Assembly (NCBI GenBank): GCA_963708425.1
Contig: OY970206.1
Span: forward strand, 1,841,208-1,905,207
Source of the DNA: an uncultured Alphaproteobacteria bacterium
GTDB taxonomy: Bacteria > Pseudomonadota > Alphaproteobacteria > Rhodobacterales > Rhodobacteraceae
Length of the DNA stretch: 64,000 bases
Reading direction: 5' to 3'
The translations under genes and the position numbers were made by a program. This document shows positions 56,369 to 64,000 of this stretch, one piece after another; positions within the stretch are counted from its first letter, which is position 1, and every line of letters starts with the position of its first letter. The notes below the pieces were generated by a model. That model was not told the origin of the DNA. It ran no database searches and was given only the letters and a program-made list of their open reading frames with translations.

Positions 56369-58402
56369 ATGTCAACCGATCCGCTGCTGCAACCCTATCA
56401 GCTAAAGCACCTGACGCTGAAAAATCGGATCATGACGACCAGCCACGAACCAGCTTATCCCGAAGACGGCATGCCGAAAGATCGCTATCGCCTGTATCAC
56501 CTTGAACGCGCCAAAGCGGGCGTCGCCCTTACAATGACCGCCGGTTCAGCTGCCGTTTCGCGCGACAGCCCACCCGTTTTCAACAACATTCTGGCCTACA
56601 AGGACGAGGTCGTCGGCTGGATGCGTCGCATGGCCGATGATGTGCACGAACAGGGCTGTGCAATCATGATCCAGTTGACACACCTTGGCCGTCGCACCCG
56701 CTGGGACAAAGGCGATTGGCTGCCGGTGGTGGCGGCTGGCCCATCGCGCGAGCCATCGCACCGTGCGTTCCCAAAGGTGATCGAGGATTGGGACATTGCC
56801 CGCATCATCGAAGATTACGCCGATGCTGCCGAACGGATGCAGGCCGCAGGCCTCGATGGGGTCGAATTTGAATGCTACGGCCACTTGATGGATCAGTTTA
56901 TGTCGCCGCTGACCAATGCGCTTGCAGCTCCCTATGGTGGCAGTTTTGAAAACCGCGCCCGCTTTGCGATGGATGTGCTGGCAGCCTGCCGCAAGCGCGT
57001 GGGCGAGACATTCTTGCTGGGCGTGCGCTATACGGCAGACGAGGCGGCGCAGGGCGGCATCACCCCTGATGAGGGCATCGCCATCGGCAAACTGTTCCGC
57101 GACTCGGGGCTGGTTGATTTTCTGAACATCATCAAAGGCCGTATCTTTACCGATCCCGCGATGACCGATGTTATCCCGATCCAAGGCATGAAATCCGCGC
57201 CGCACTTGGATTTTGCCGGGCGCATCCGTACCGAGGTCGGCCTGCCCACCTTCCACGCCGCCCGCATCCCCGATGTGGCCACCGCGCGTCACGCCATTGC
57301 CACAGGCCAGCTCGATATGGTCGGCATGACCCGCGCCCATATGGCCGATCCGCATATTGTGCGCAAAATCATTGAAGGCCGCGAAGAAGATATTCGCCCC
57401 TGCGTTGGGGCGACTTACTGCCTTGATCGCATCTACCAAGGCGGTATGGCCCTGTGCATCCACAACCCGGCGACCGGCCGTGAAGAAACCATGCCACATG
57501 ACATTTCCCCAGCAATAGGGTCGAAAAAGGTCGTTGTTGTCGGCGCTGGCCCAGCCGGACTAGAGGCCGCTCGCGTCGCCGCACTGCGCGGCCACTCAGT
57601 AACCGTGTTCGAAGCGGCACCCCACCCCGGAGGGCAAATTCGCTTGACCGCACAAAGCCCAAGACGGCGCGAAATGATCGGCATCATCGATTGGCGCATG
57701 GCGCAATGCGCTGCCCGAGGCGTTGAGTTTCGCTTTAACACTTTCGCCGAGACCGCCGATGTCACCGCGCTGACCCCCGATGTGGTGATCATTGCCACCG
57801 GTGGATTGCCTGAAACTGCGGTGTTAGAAACTGGGAATGATCTCGTCGTGTCCACATGGGACATTCTGTCAGGGGATGTGAAGCCCGGCTCAAACGTGCT
57901 GCTCTATGATGACGCTGGCGATCACGCCGCCTTACAAGCCGCACAGATGATCGCCGAGGCCGGGTCGCATGTTGAAGTGATGACGCCCGACCGCAGCTTT
58001 GCCCCCGACGTGATGGCGATGAACCTGGTGCCCTATATGCGTGCGATGCAGGATAAAGACGTCACTTTCACCGTAACCTATCGCCTGCGGGCTGTTGCCC
58101 GCGACGGCAATCAACTGCGCGCCACCATCGGCAGCGATTACATGAATCTCGCGAAGGAACGGCAGTTCGATCAGGTCGTGGTCAACCATGGCACGCAGCC
58201 GCTGGCAGAGATTTACTTCGATCTGAAGCCGCTGTCGTCAAACCTTGGCGCAGTGGATTACGACGCGCTGATTGATGGCCGCCCGCAGGCACTGAACGGC
58301 GGCCCGGCTGGTTTCCAGTTGTTCCGCATCGGCGACGCGGTAGAAGCACGCAATACCCACGCTGCGATTTACGATGCATTGCGGCTGATGAAGGATATCT
58401 GA
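56369..58402 (+). CDS. Two-domain flavoenzyme: N-terminal OYE-like FMN TIM barrel plus C-terminal FAD/NAD(P)-binding domain (2,4-dienoyl-CoA reductase / N-methylproline demethylase type)
   Basis: The N-terminus has LKHLTLKNRIMTTSH and the QLTHLGRR block. The middle Cys region is RPCVGATYCLDRIYQGGMALCIHNP. The dinucleotide fold is VVVVGAGPAGLEAA. ATG 56369 was chosen inside the track ORF. Confidence 0.85.
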   Translation: MSTDPLLQPYQLKHLTLKNRIMTTSHEPAYPEDGMPKDRYRLYHLERAKAGVALTMTAGSAAVSRDSPPVFNNILAYKDEVVGWMRRMADDVHEQGCAIMIQLTHLGRRTRWDKGDWLPVVAAGPSREPSHRAFPKVIEDWDIARIIEDYADAAERMQAAGLDGVEFECYGHLMDQFMSPLTNALAAPYGGSFENRARFAMDVLAACRKRVGETFLLGVRYTADEAAQGGITPDEGIAIGKLFRDSGLVDFLNIIKGRIFTDPAMTDVIPIQGMKSAPHLDFAGRIRTEVGLPTFHAARIPDVATARHAIATGQLDMVGMTRAHMADPHIVRKIIEGREEDIRPCVGATYCLDRIYQGGMALCIHNPATGREETMPHDISPAIGSKKVVVVGAGPAGLEAARVAALRGHSVTVFEAAPHPGGQIRLTAQSPRRREMIGIIDWRMAQCAARGVEFRFNTFAETADVTALTPDVVIIATGGLPETAVLETGNDLVVSTWDILSGDVKPGSNVLLYDDAGDHAALQAAQMIAEAGSHVEVMTPDRSFAPDVMAMNLVPYMRAMQDKDVTFTVTYRLRAVARDGNQLRATIGSDYMNLAKERQFDQVVVNHGTQPLAEIYFDLKPLSSNLGAVDYDALIDGRPQALNGGPAGFQLFRIGDAVEARNTHAAIYDALRLMKDI

Positions 58403-59143
58403 TCAGCGCTTCACACTAGCCGTAACATAGTTCACCGACAGATCGCGGCTGGAAAGGCTCCACGACCACGCAACGGGATTGAACACCATGCCTTTGCGAT
58501 CAACAGGGTCTAAACCGGCCTTTCGGACTAATTCCGCCAACTCATCCGGCGTGATGAACTTTTTCCAATCATGCGTGCCTTTGGGCAACCAACGCATCAC
58601 CCACTCCGCCCCGATAATCGCCATGCCAAAGCTTTTGGCATTTCGGTTCAGGGTCGAACAAATCATCAGGCCCCCCGGCTTCAGCAGGGTCTGACAAGCG
58701 GTCAGAAAGGATTGCGGGTCGGGCACGTGCTCGACGACCTCCATGTTCAGCACCACATCAAACTGCTCGCCCGCCGCTGCCAGATCTTCCGCAGTGGTCA
58801 GGCGGTAATCAATCGTCAACCCCGATTGTTCGGCATGCAACTGCGCCACCGGGATGTTGCGGGTGGCCGGATCGGCCCCAACCACGTCGGCCCCCAGCCG
58901 GGCCATCGGTTCTGACAACAGGCCGCCACCGCAGCCAATATCCAGGATACGCAGGCCCGCGAATGGCAAAGGTGCCACCAGATCCCGATCAAATTCGGTT
59001 GCGATTTGTGAGGTGATATAGTCGAGCCGACAGGGGTTCAGCATGTGCAATGGCTTAAACTTGCCATCAGGGTTCCACCATTCGGCGGCCATCGCCTCAA
59101 ACTTCGCCACTTCAGTGGGGTCAACAGTTGACGCAGGATTCAT
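58403..59143 (-). CDS. ubiG: Bifunctional 3-demethylubiquinol 3-O-methyltransferase / 2-polyprenyl-6-hydroxyphenol methylase
   Basis: Blocks [23 protein letters not shown], the SAM motif [19 protein letters not shown], and [10 protein letters not shown]. Confidence 0.85.
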   Translation of the reverse strand: MNPASTVDPTEVAKFEAMAAEWWNPDGKFKPLHMLNPCRLDYITSQIATEFDRDLVAPLPFAGLRILDIGCGGGLLSEPMARLGADVVGADPATRNIPVAQLHAEQSGLTIDYRLTTAEDLAAAGEQFDVVLNMEVVEHVPDPQSFLTACQTLLKPGGLMICSTLNRNAKSFGMAIIGAEWVMRWLPKGTHDWKKFITPDELAELVRKAGLDPVDRKGMVFNPVAWSWSLSSRDLSVNYVTASVKR

Positions 59144-59203
59144 TGGGTGTCCTTGTTCTTTCGGCCATAGCCGGGCGGCCTCTGTAAGGCTATATAAGAG
59201 AAT

Positions 59204-60178
59204 ATGGACCACAGATCAGGCCAAAAGCGCGCAGTCGAGTTTTTATACCCGCCGATCGATCCGTTCGATCAGCGGGTGATGGATGTTGGTGGCGGGCATC
59301 GAATTTATGTTGAACAGTGTGGCAATCCGCGGGGTATCCCGGTGATCGTGCTGCACGGCGGGCCGGGGGGTGGGTGCAGCCCGGCGATGCGGCGGTATTT
59401 TGACCCCCATGTTTACCGCGTGGTGCTGTTTGATCAGCGGGGCTGTGGGCGGTCGCGGCCGCATGCGAGCGTCGAGGAAAACACGACCTGGCATCTGGTG
59501 CAGGATATCGAGGCGATCCGTGCGGCGTTGGGGATTGAGCGGTTCATCGTTTTCGGCGGCAGCTGGGGCGCGACGCTGGCGTTAATCTATGCGATCACGC
59601 ACCCTGATCAGGTGTCGCAACTGGTCCTGCGTGGCGTGTTCTTGATGACCAAGGCAGAGCTGGACTGGTTTTATGGCGGCGGGGCGGGGGCGTTCTTTCC
59701 GGAACTGTGGGCGCGGTTTGTCAATCCGATCCCGGCGGCGGAGCGGAAGAACCTGATTGACGCGTATAATCGGCGGCTGTTTTCCGGCAACTTGATGGAA
59801 GAAACCCGGTTCGGACGAACTTGGGCAAACTGGGAAAACGCGCTGGCTTCGGTTCAGAATGAGGGGCCGATCGGGGAAAGCCCGGCCGAGTATGCGCGGG
59901 CCTTTTCGCGGCTGGAAAATCATTACTTCCAGAACGGCGGTTTCCTGCAAACAGATGGCTGGATTTTGCGGGAGAGGCACCGGATCGAGCATATTCCGGC
60001 GACGATTGTTCAGGGTCGGTATGATATGATTTGCCCGCCGGTTTCGGCTTGGAAATTGGCGGACGGGTGGGATAACTGCGCGCTTCGGATGGTTGCGATG
60101 GCGGGGCATGCTTTATCGGAGCCGGGGATTTCGGCAGAGCTGGTTCAGGTTATGGATGGGTTGAAATTGTTGGCGTAA
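59204..60178 (+). CDS. pip: Prolyl aminopeptidase (proline iminopeptidase)
   Basis: Alpha/beta hydrolase with HGGPGGG, the nucleophile elbow GGSWGATL, and [10 protein letters not shown] with the C-terminal AGH. Confidence 0.9.
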   Translation: MDHRSGQKRAVEFLYPPIDPFDQRVMDVGGGHRIYVEQCGNPRGIPVIVLHGGPGGGCSPAMRRYFDPHVYRVVLFDQRGCGRSRPHASVEENTTWHLVQDIEAIRAALGIERFIVFGGSWGATLALIYAITHPDQVSQLVLRGVFLMTKAELDWFYGGGAGAFFPELWARFVNPIPAAERKNLIDAYNRRLFSGNLMEETRFGRTWANWENALASVQNEGPIGESPAEYARAFSRLENHYFQNGGFLQTDGWILRERHRIEHIPATIVQGRYDMICPPVSAWKLADGWDNCALRMVAMAGHALSEPGISAELVQVMDGLKLLA

Positions 60179-60421
60179 CACGCGTGTTACAGTTTATAAG
60201 TATTTGATTTATAATGGTATGTTGAATTTTATTTACTGAATTTTAACAGATTTCTTGCGGTAACACGGGCGGTAATCTGGCGGAGGCGCGTGCCGCGCCA
60301 TTGCTTTTGCCTCGGCTTCGCGACTTCGCGCGCAGGCTCAGAGTGAAGATGGATATTTGGCCGATGCGAATTTGGGGCGGGTGCGATGACAATCCCGTGA
60401 TCCGCGGCATTGGGCACAAAA

Positions 60422-60454
60422 CTATACTACCGCGACGTCATGTCGCGGGTATAG
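60422..60454 (+). promoter_or_regulatory. 13-bp interrupted stem-loop or dyad 33 nt upstream of the cytochrome c gene
   Basis: CTATAC (60422-60427) pairs with GTATAG (60449-60454). CCGCGAC (60430-60436) pairs with GTCGCGG (60442-60448). There is a 2-nt bulge and a 5-nt loop GTCAT. Confidence 0.35.
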
Positions 60455-60486
60455 TGGCGGGGAATTTGAAGCAGGAGAGCGGGAAA

Positions 60487-60918
60487 ATGAAGTTTGTAAC
60501 CAAGGCCCTAGTGGCTGGACTGATCTTCAGTGCAGGAATCGCGTTCGCCGGGAAATCTACTGATCCAGATGCGAAGGCACGTCAGGATCTGATGGATGCC
60601 AATGGTATGAATACTGGCATTCTGGGTGACATGGCCGGGGGCAAGACAGAGTTTGACGCCGCCAAGGCCGAAGCCGCAAAAGCCGCAATTATCGAGATCG
60701 CAGGAAAGATTCCGGCGACTTTCGAGCCACAGGGCACGGATACGGAATCCAAGGCGAAACCCGAGATTTGGACCAACTGGGAGAAGTTCTTGGCCCATGG
60801 CGAGAAACTGGGTGCTGCCGCAACGGCACTTGATGCGACAAGCCTTGAAGGCGTGCAGGCTGGCATGGCTGGCCTAGGTGGGGTCTGCAAGGACTGCCAT
60901 ACCGAATTCCGCCTGTAA
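60487..60918 (+). CDS. Class II c-type cytochrome (cytochrome c-prime / c-556 family)
   Basis: SD AGGAGAG precedes ATG 60487 and the signal peptide is MKFVTKALVAGLIFSAGIAFA. It is a four-helix-bundle-sized protein of about 120 aa when mature. The haem site CKDCH lies 6 residues from the C-terminus. Confidence 0.8.
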   Translation: MKFVTKALVAGLIFSAGIAFAGKSTDPDAKARQDLMDANGMNTGILGDMAGGKTEFDAAKAEAAKAAIIEIAGKIPATFEPQGTDTESKAKPEIWTNWEKFLAHGEKLGAAATALDATSLEGVQAGMAGLGGVCKDCHTEFRL

Positions 60919-60953
60919 GATTGGCTTAGGCTTGATTTGGGATCGGCCGTGGG

Positions 60954-60974
60954 CGACCGCGGTCGATTTTTTTT
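60954..60974 (+). terminator. Rho-independent terminator after the cytochrome c gene
   Basis: The palindromic stem CGACCGCGGTCG (60954-60965) is followed by ATTTTTTTT. Confidence 0.6.
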
Positions 60975-61197
60975 CTGGTGAGTTGCGAGTTGGTGCCTAG
61001 CGCCAGACGGCCAAGCGAATTTAGCCGGGCAAAGGCGCGATTCGCGGCAGGTGACGCGGGGGATTGCCGTTCTGGCGTGCCTTTGGGCAAGATTCGCGTG
61101 CCCAGAGCTGCCGGGTCAGGGAAGCATATTTACACGCGGCGCGGTTCGGCAGAGAGAGCGGCGATTGGCAAAGTCTTCTTACTGGGTCGGCCCCGGA

Positions 61198-62298
61198 TCA
61201 GCCGCTGAACAGGAAGTGCAGAACGTCACCGTCTTTGACCTCATACGTTTTGCCTTCGACGCGGAACTTGCCAGCTTCTTTGGCCCCGGCTTCGCCATTA
61301 CCGGCGATGTAATCATCGTAGGCAACGGTTTCGGAGCGGATGAAGCCTTTTTCGAAATCGCCATGGATGACGCCAGCCGCCTGTGGCGCCAACGTGCCCT
61401 TTGGAATGGTCCAGGCGCGGGCTTCTTTGGGGCCGACGGTGAAATAGGTTTGCAGACCCAGCAACTGGTAGCCTGCCTTGATCAGACGATCTAACCCGGC
61501 TTCGTGCAGGCCCATTTCTTCGAGGAACATGGCGGCTTCGTCATCGGCAAGCTGGCTGATCTCTTCTTCGATACGGGCAGAAATAACGACGGAGGCAGCA
61601 CCCTGTTTGGTGGCCATTTCGGCAACGCGAGCGGATTGGGAATTGCCGTTTGCGGCACATGCCTCTTCGACATTGCAGACGTAAAGCACTGGTTTTGAAG
61701 TTAAAAGCTGTAGCAGCCGCCATTGGCGTTGATCGTCTTCGGCGATTTTGACGGACCGTGCGGGAATGCCTTTTTCAAGTGCCGCAAGGGCGGCGCGCAA
61801 CAGGCGGTCTTGGTCGGCGGCGTCTTTATCGGACCCACCGCGCAGTTTGCGGGCAAGGTTGGCCAAGCGCTTTTCGATGGATTCAAGGTCGGCGAGCATG
61901 AGCTCGGTTTCGATGGTTTCGGCATCGGCAACCGGGTCTATGCGGCCTTCGACATGGGTGATATCGCCATCTTCGAAACAGCGCAGCACATGGGCGATGG
62001 CATCACATTCGCGGATGTTGGCGAGGAATTGGTTGCCGAGGCCCTCGCCCTTTGAAGCACCGCGCACCAGCCCGGCGATATCAACGAAGGTCATCCGGGT
62101 GGGGATGATCTGTTTCGAGCCAGCAATAACAGCGAGCTTATCAAGCCGGGCATCGGGCACTGCCACCTCGCCGACATTCGGTTCAATCGTGCAGAACGGA
62201 AAGTTTGCCGCCTGCGCCGCTGCTGTGCGGGTTAGCGCGTTGAAAAGGGTTGATTTGCCAACGTTTGGCAAACCCACAATACCCATCTTGAAACCCAT
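61198..62298 (-). CDS. ychF: Redox-regulated ribosome-binding ATPase YchF
   Basis: [33 protein letters not shown], and a C-terminal TGS-like domain ending DGDVLHFLF. Confidence 0.95.
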   Translation of the reverse strand: MGFKMGIVGLPNVGKSTLFNALTRTAAAQAANFPFCTIEPNVGEVAVPDARLDKLAVIAGSKQIIPTRMTFVDIAGLVRGASKGEGLGNQFLANIRECDAIAHVLRCFEDGDITHVEGRIDPVADAETIETELMLADLESIEKRLANLARKLRGGSDKDAADQDRLLRAALAALEKGIPARSVKIAEDDQRQWRLLQLLTSKPVLYVCNVEEACAANGNSQSARVAEMATKQGAASVVISARIEEEISQLADDEAAMFLEEMGLHEAGLDRLIKAGYQLLGLQTYFTVGPKEARAWTIPKGTLAPQAAGVIHGDFEKGFIRSETVAYDDYIAGNGEAGAKEAGKFRVEGKTYEVKDGDVLHFLFSG

Positions 62299-62410
62299 AG
62301 CCGCACCTCCATTGTCGGGGCCGTTCTAGTGGGGTGGTGGTAAAGGTTCAAGCTTTCGCGACTCGGGCAGCGGGACTATGATTTTGGCATTCAGCCGGAG
62401 GAGATGGATC

Positions 62411-62824
62411 ATGAGTTTTGCCCCCTATTTAGGTTTTCAAGGTAACGCCCGCGAAGCGATGACGCGGTATGCCGAGATATTTGGCGCGACAGATTTGATG
62501 GTTATGACCTTTGCCGAAGCGCCGCCGGAGCAGCGCCCACCGATGATGGATGACAAGGTTATGCATGCACAGTTCAGTGCTGGACCCGGCGCGCCGTTGA
62601 TGGGGTCCGACACGCCGCCGGGGATGGAAGGGACGATGAAAAGCGCGTCGGTTTATCATGCGGCAGACAGTGTCGAAAAGGCGGAGCAGATTTTTGCTGC
62701 CTTGTCGGAAGGTGGGACAGTGACGATGCCAATGGCGCCGACGTTTTGGGCACCGATTTTTGGCATGGTGACGGACCGTTGGAACACCTCTTGGATGATT
62801 ACCACGGAGCAGAATGCTGCATGA
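62411..62824 (+). CDS. VOC (glyoxalase/PhnB-like) family protein
   Basis: 137 aa. SD GGAGGAG precedes ATG 62411. The PhnB-like pattern is [13 protein letters not shown]...FG and the C-terminus is DRWNTSWMI. Confidence 0.75.
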   Translation: MSFAPYLGFQGNAREAMTRYAEIFGATDLMVMTFAEAPPEQRPPMMDDKVMHAQFSAGPGAPLMGSDTPPGMEGTMKSASVYHAADSVEKAEQIFAALSEGGTVTMPMAPTFWAPIFGMVTDRWNTSWMITTEQNAA

Positions 62825-62891
62825 GGCATTGATTTTCCACGCGCGCCCGTGCAAACCGCAGCTGGATTTGCAGGGATGGATGGGCCGCGGA

Positions 62892-63683
62892 ATGACTAGG
62901 ATTGACGATACCTTTGCGCGGTTGCGGGCGCAGAAGAAGAAGGCGTTTGTCGCCTATATCATGGCGGGCGATCCAAGCGTTGAGGCGTCTTATGCGGTGA
63001 TGCAGGGCTTGCCGGCGGCGGGGGTGGATATCATCGAGTTGGGGATGCCGTTTACCGACCCGATGGCGGATGGGCCGACGATACAGCTGGCGGGGCAGCG
63101 GGCGCTGGAGGCTGGCATGACGCTGCAGAAGACGCTGGACATGGCGACGGCGTTTCGGCGCAGCGATAGCACGACGCCGATTGTGATGATGGGGTATTAC
63201 AACCCGATCTATTCACGCGGGGTGACGCGGTTTCTGGCGGATGCCAAGGCGGCGGGAATTGATGGGTTGATCGTGGTGGATCTGCCGCCGGAAGAGGATG
63301 CTGAATTGTGCATTCCGGCGCAGGCGGCGGGGTTGAACTTTATTCGTTTGGCGACGCCGACGACCGATGCAAAGCGGCTGCCGAAGGTGCTGCAGAACAC
63401 GTCGGGGTTTGTGTATTACGTGTCTATTACAGGGATTACCGGGGCAGCGGCGGCGCGGCCTGAAGATGTGGCACCAGAAGTGGCGCGGATCAAGGCGGCA
63501 ACGGATTTGCCGGTGATTGTGGGGTTTGGGATTACCACGCCGGAAGCGGCGCAGGGGATTGCGGCGATTGCGGATGGGTGCGTGGTTGGGTCTGCGATTG
63601 TGAAGGATATCGGGTCGGGGATGCCTGCGTCGGAGGTGCTGGCGCGGGTGGCAGCACTTGCTGCGGGCGCGCATCGGGGGTGA
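62892..63683 (+). CDS. trpA: Tryptophan synthase alpha subunit
   Basis: Blocks [46 protein letters not shown] and VGFGI. ATG 62892 was chosen inside the longer track ORF. Confidence 0.9.
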   Translation: MTRIDDTFARLRAQKKKAFVAYIMAGDPSVEASYAVMQGLPAAGVDIIELGMPFTDPMADGPTIQLAGQRALEAGMTLQKTLDMATAFRRSDSTTPIVMMGYYNPIYSRGVTRFLADAKAAGIDGLIVVDLPPEEDAELCIPAQAAGLNFIRLATPTTDAKRLPKVLQNTSGFVYYVSITGITGAAAARPEDVAPEVARIKAATDLPVIVGFGITTPEAAQGIAAIADGCVVGSAIVKDIGSGMPASEVLARVAALAAGAHRG

Positions 63684-63769
63684 GGTTCGGGAAAAGTCGG
63701 GCCCTTTGAAACTTTTCGTCGGTCGCCGCCGTAACGCCAGACAAGAGCGATGTTTTGTGGGAGGTGGCG

Positions 63770-64000
63770 ATGGCTGGGGATTTGAAGGGACCGCTGATTT
63801 ACCGGCAGTCGCGGTGGACGCGGGCGACGCATTGGGTTTGGGCGGTGTGCCTGTTTTTCCTGATGCTGACGGGGCTGCAGATTTTCAACGCCTATCCGTC
63901 GCTGCATATTGGGTTGGAAGCTGGGTTTGAGTATGACAACGCGATCCTGGAGATTGGCGCGCGGGAAGAGGAGCTGGCGAGGTATTCCGGCTATACCAAG
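63770..64000 (+). CDS. Cytochrome b (b561 / PhsC-like) domain membrane protein, 5' fragment running off the window
   Basis: This ORF is not in the track because no stop falls in the window. My translation from ATG 63770 (SD GGGAGGTGG upstream) is MAGDLKGPLIYRQSRWTRATHWVWAVCLFFLMLTGLQIFNAYPSLHIG... The RxxHW motif plus a TM helix is typical of b-type cytochrome subunits. Confidence 0.55.
   Translation, partial: MAGDLKGPLIYRQSRWTRATHWVWAVCLFFLMLTGLQIFNAYPSLHIGLEAGFEYDNAILEIGAREEELARYSGYTK

Noticed and set aside
56546-57499. A 317-aa minus-strand ORF.
   Set aside because: It is antisense to the OYE-type flavoenzyme gene and has no recognisable domain.
60195-60255. Possible FNR/CRP-type box (TTGAT-N4-ATCAA) in the AT-rich tract upstream of the cytochrome c gene.
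   Set aside because: Only left half-sites (TTGAT, TTGAA) are present. I found no matching ATCAA half at the correct spacing, so I make no call.
60229-60417. A 62-aa minus-strand ORF in the pip-to-cytochrome spacer.
   Set aside because: It has no SD. It starts in GC-rich spacer and runs into the AT-rich island, where it ends. Its composition is not protein-like, and the region is better explained as regulatory DNA.
62824-63683. trpA appearing without an adjacent trpB, as a possible anomaly.
   Set aside because: trp genes are commonly dispersed in alphaproteobacteria, and trpB may lie elsewhere in the genome. This cannot be assessed from the window.
1-64000. Search for tRNA, rRNA, CRISPR repeats, IS elements, integrases, toxin-antitoxin pairs and defence systems.
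   Set aside because: Scanning the intergenic regions showed no T-loop-like GGTTCGAAT-type motifs in a tRNA context and no regularly spaced direct repeats. None of the translations had transposase, integrase or nuclease-like features. The window appears free of mobile and defence content, within the limits of inspection by eye.

Overview
This is a gene-dense, high-GC (roughly 60% by eye) chromosomal segment with about 60 protein-coding genes. The gene content looks alphaproteobacterial and Rhodobacterales-like, but that is inference only. I found no rRNA, tRNA, CRISPR array, transposase, integrase or phage genes, so the window looks like core or metabolic chromosome rather than a mobile island.

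Gene content in order:
- tandem ABC exporter half-transporters and a RumA-type RNA methyltransferase
- a small envelope cluster: two L,D-transpeptidases, a CAP-domain lipoprotein and a tiny anchored protein
- hemH, an NDUFAF5-like methyltransferase-fold protein, comF, grxC, a nitrilase-family protein and MarR
- a 3-gene sugar-nucleotide and initiating-transferase triad
- a LysR-controlled operon: DegT aminotransferase, HisD-like dehydrogenase, D-Cys-desulfhydrase/CuyA-like lyase and Asp/Glu-type racemase
- yihY and tamB-tamA
- a ROK regulator with xylFHG-xylB-xylA, then an aldo/keto reductase
- a TetR-MFP-RND efflux operon
- a roughly 16-kb minus-strand operon described below, with a divergent MarR plus a large OYE-type flavoenzyme
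- ubiG, pip, a class II cytochrome c, ychF, a VOC/PhnB protein, trpA and a partial cytochrome b

The two best candidates for uncharacterised biology are:
1. The LysR-controlled operon at 14068-19321. It may be a sulfonate (cysteate or cysteinolate) or D-amino-acid catabolic module.
2. The 13-gene translationally coupled operon at 39656-55748. It combines hydantoinase A/B, a Liv-type ABC importer, an unknown membrane protein, a DUF1185 protein, a UPF0280 protein, a 6-hydroxynicotinate-reductase-like protein and a Mo-hydroxylase. It looks like an N-heterocycle catabolic pathway. Its hyuA gene carries a 1-nt frameshift that I can locate exactly at 42264.

All family calls rest on motifs read by eye from the supplied translations. 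Start codons were chosen by eye from signal peptides, Shine-Dalgarno-like sequences and stop/start overlaps. No database search was run.
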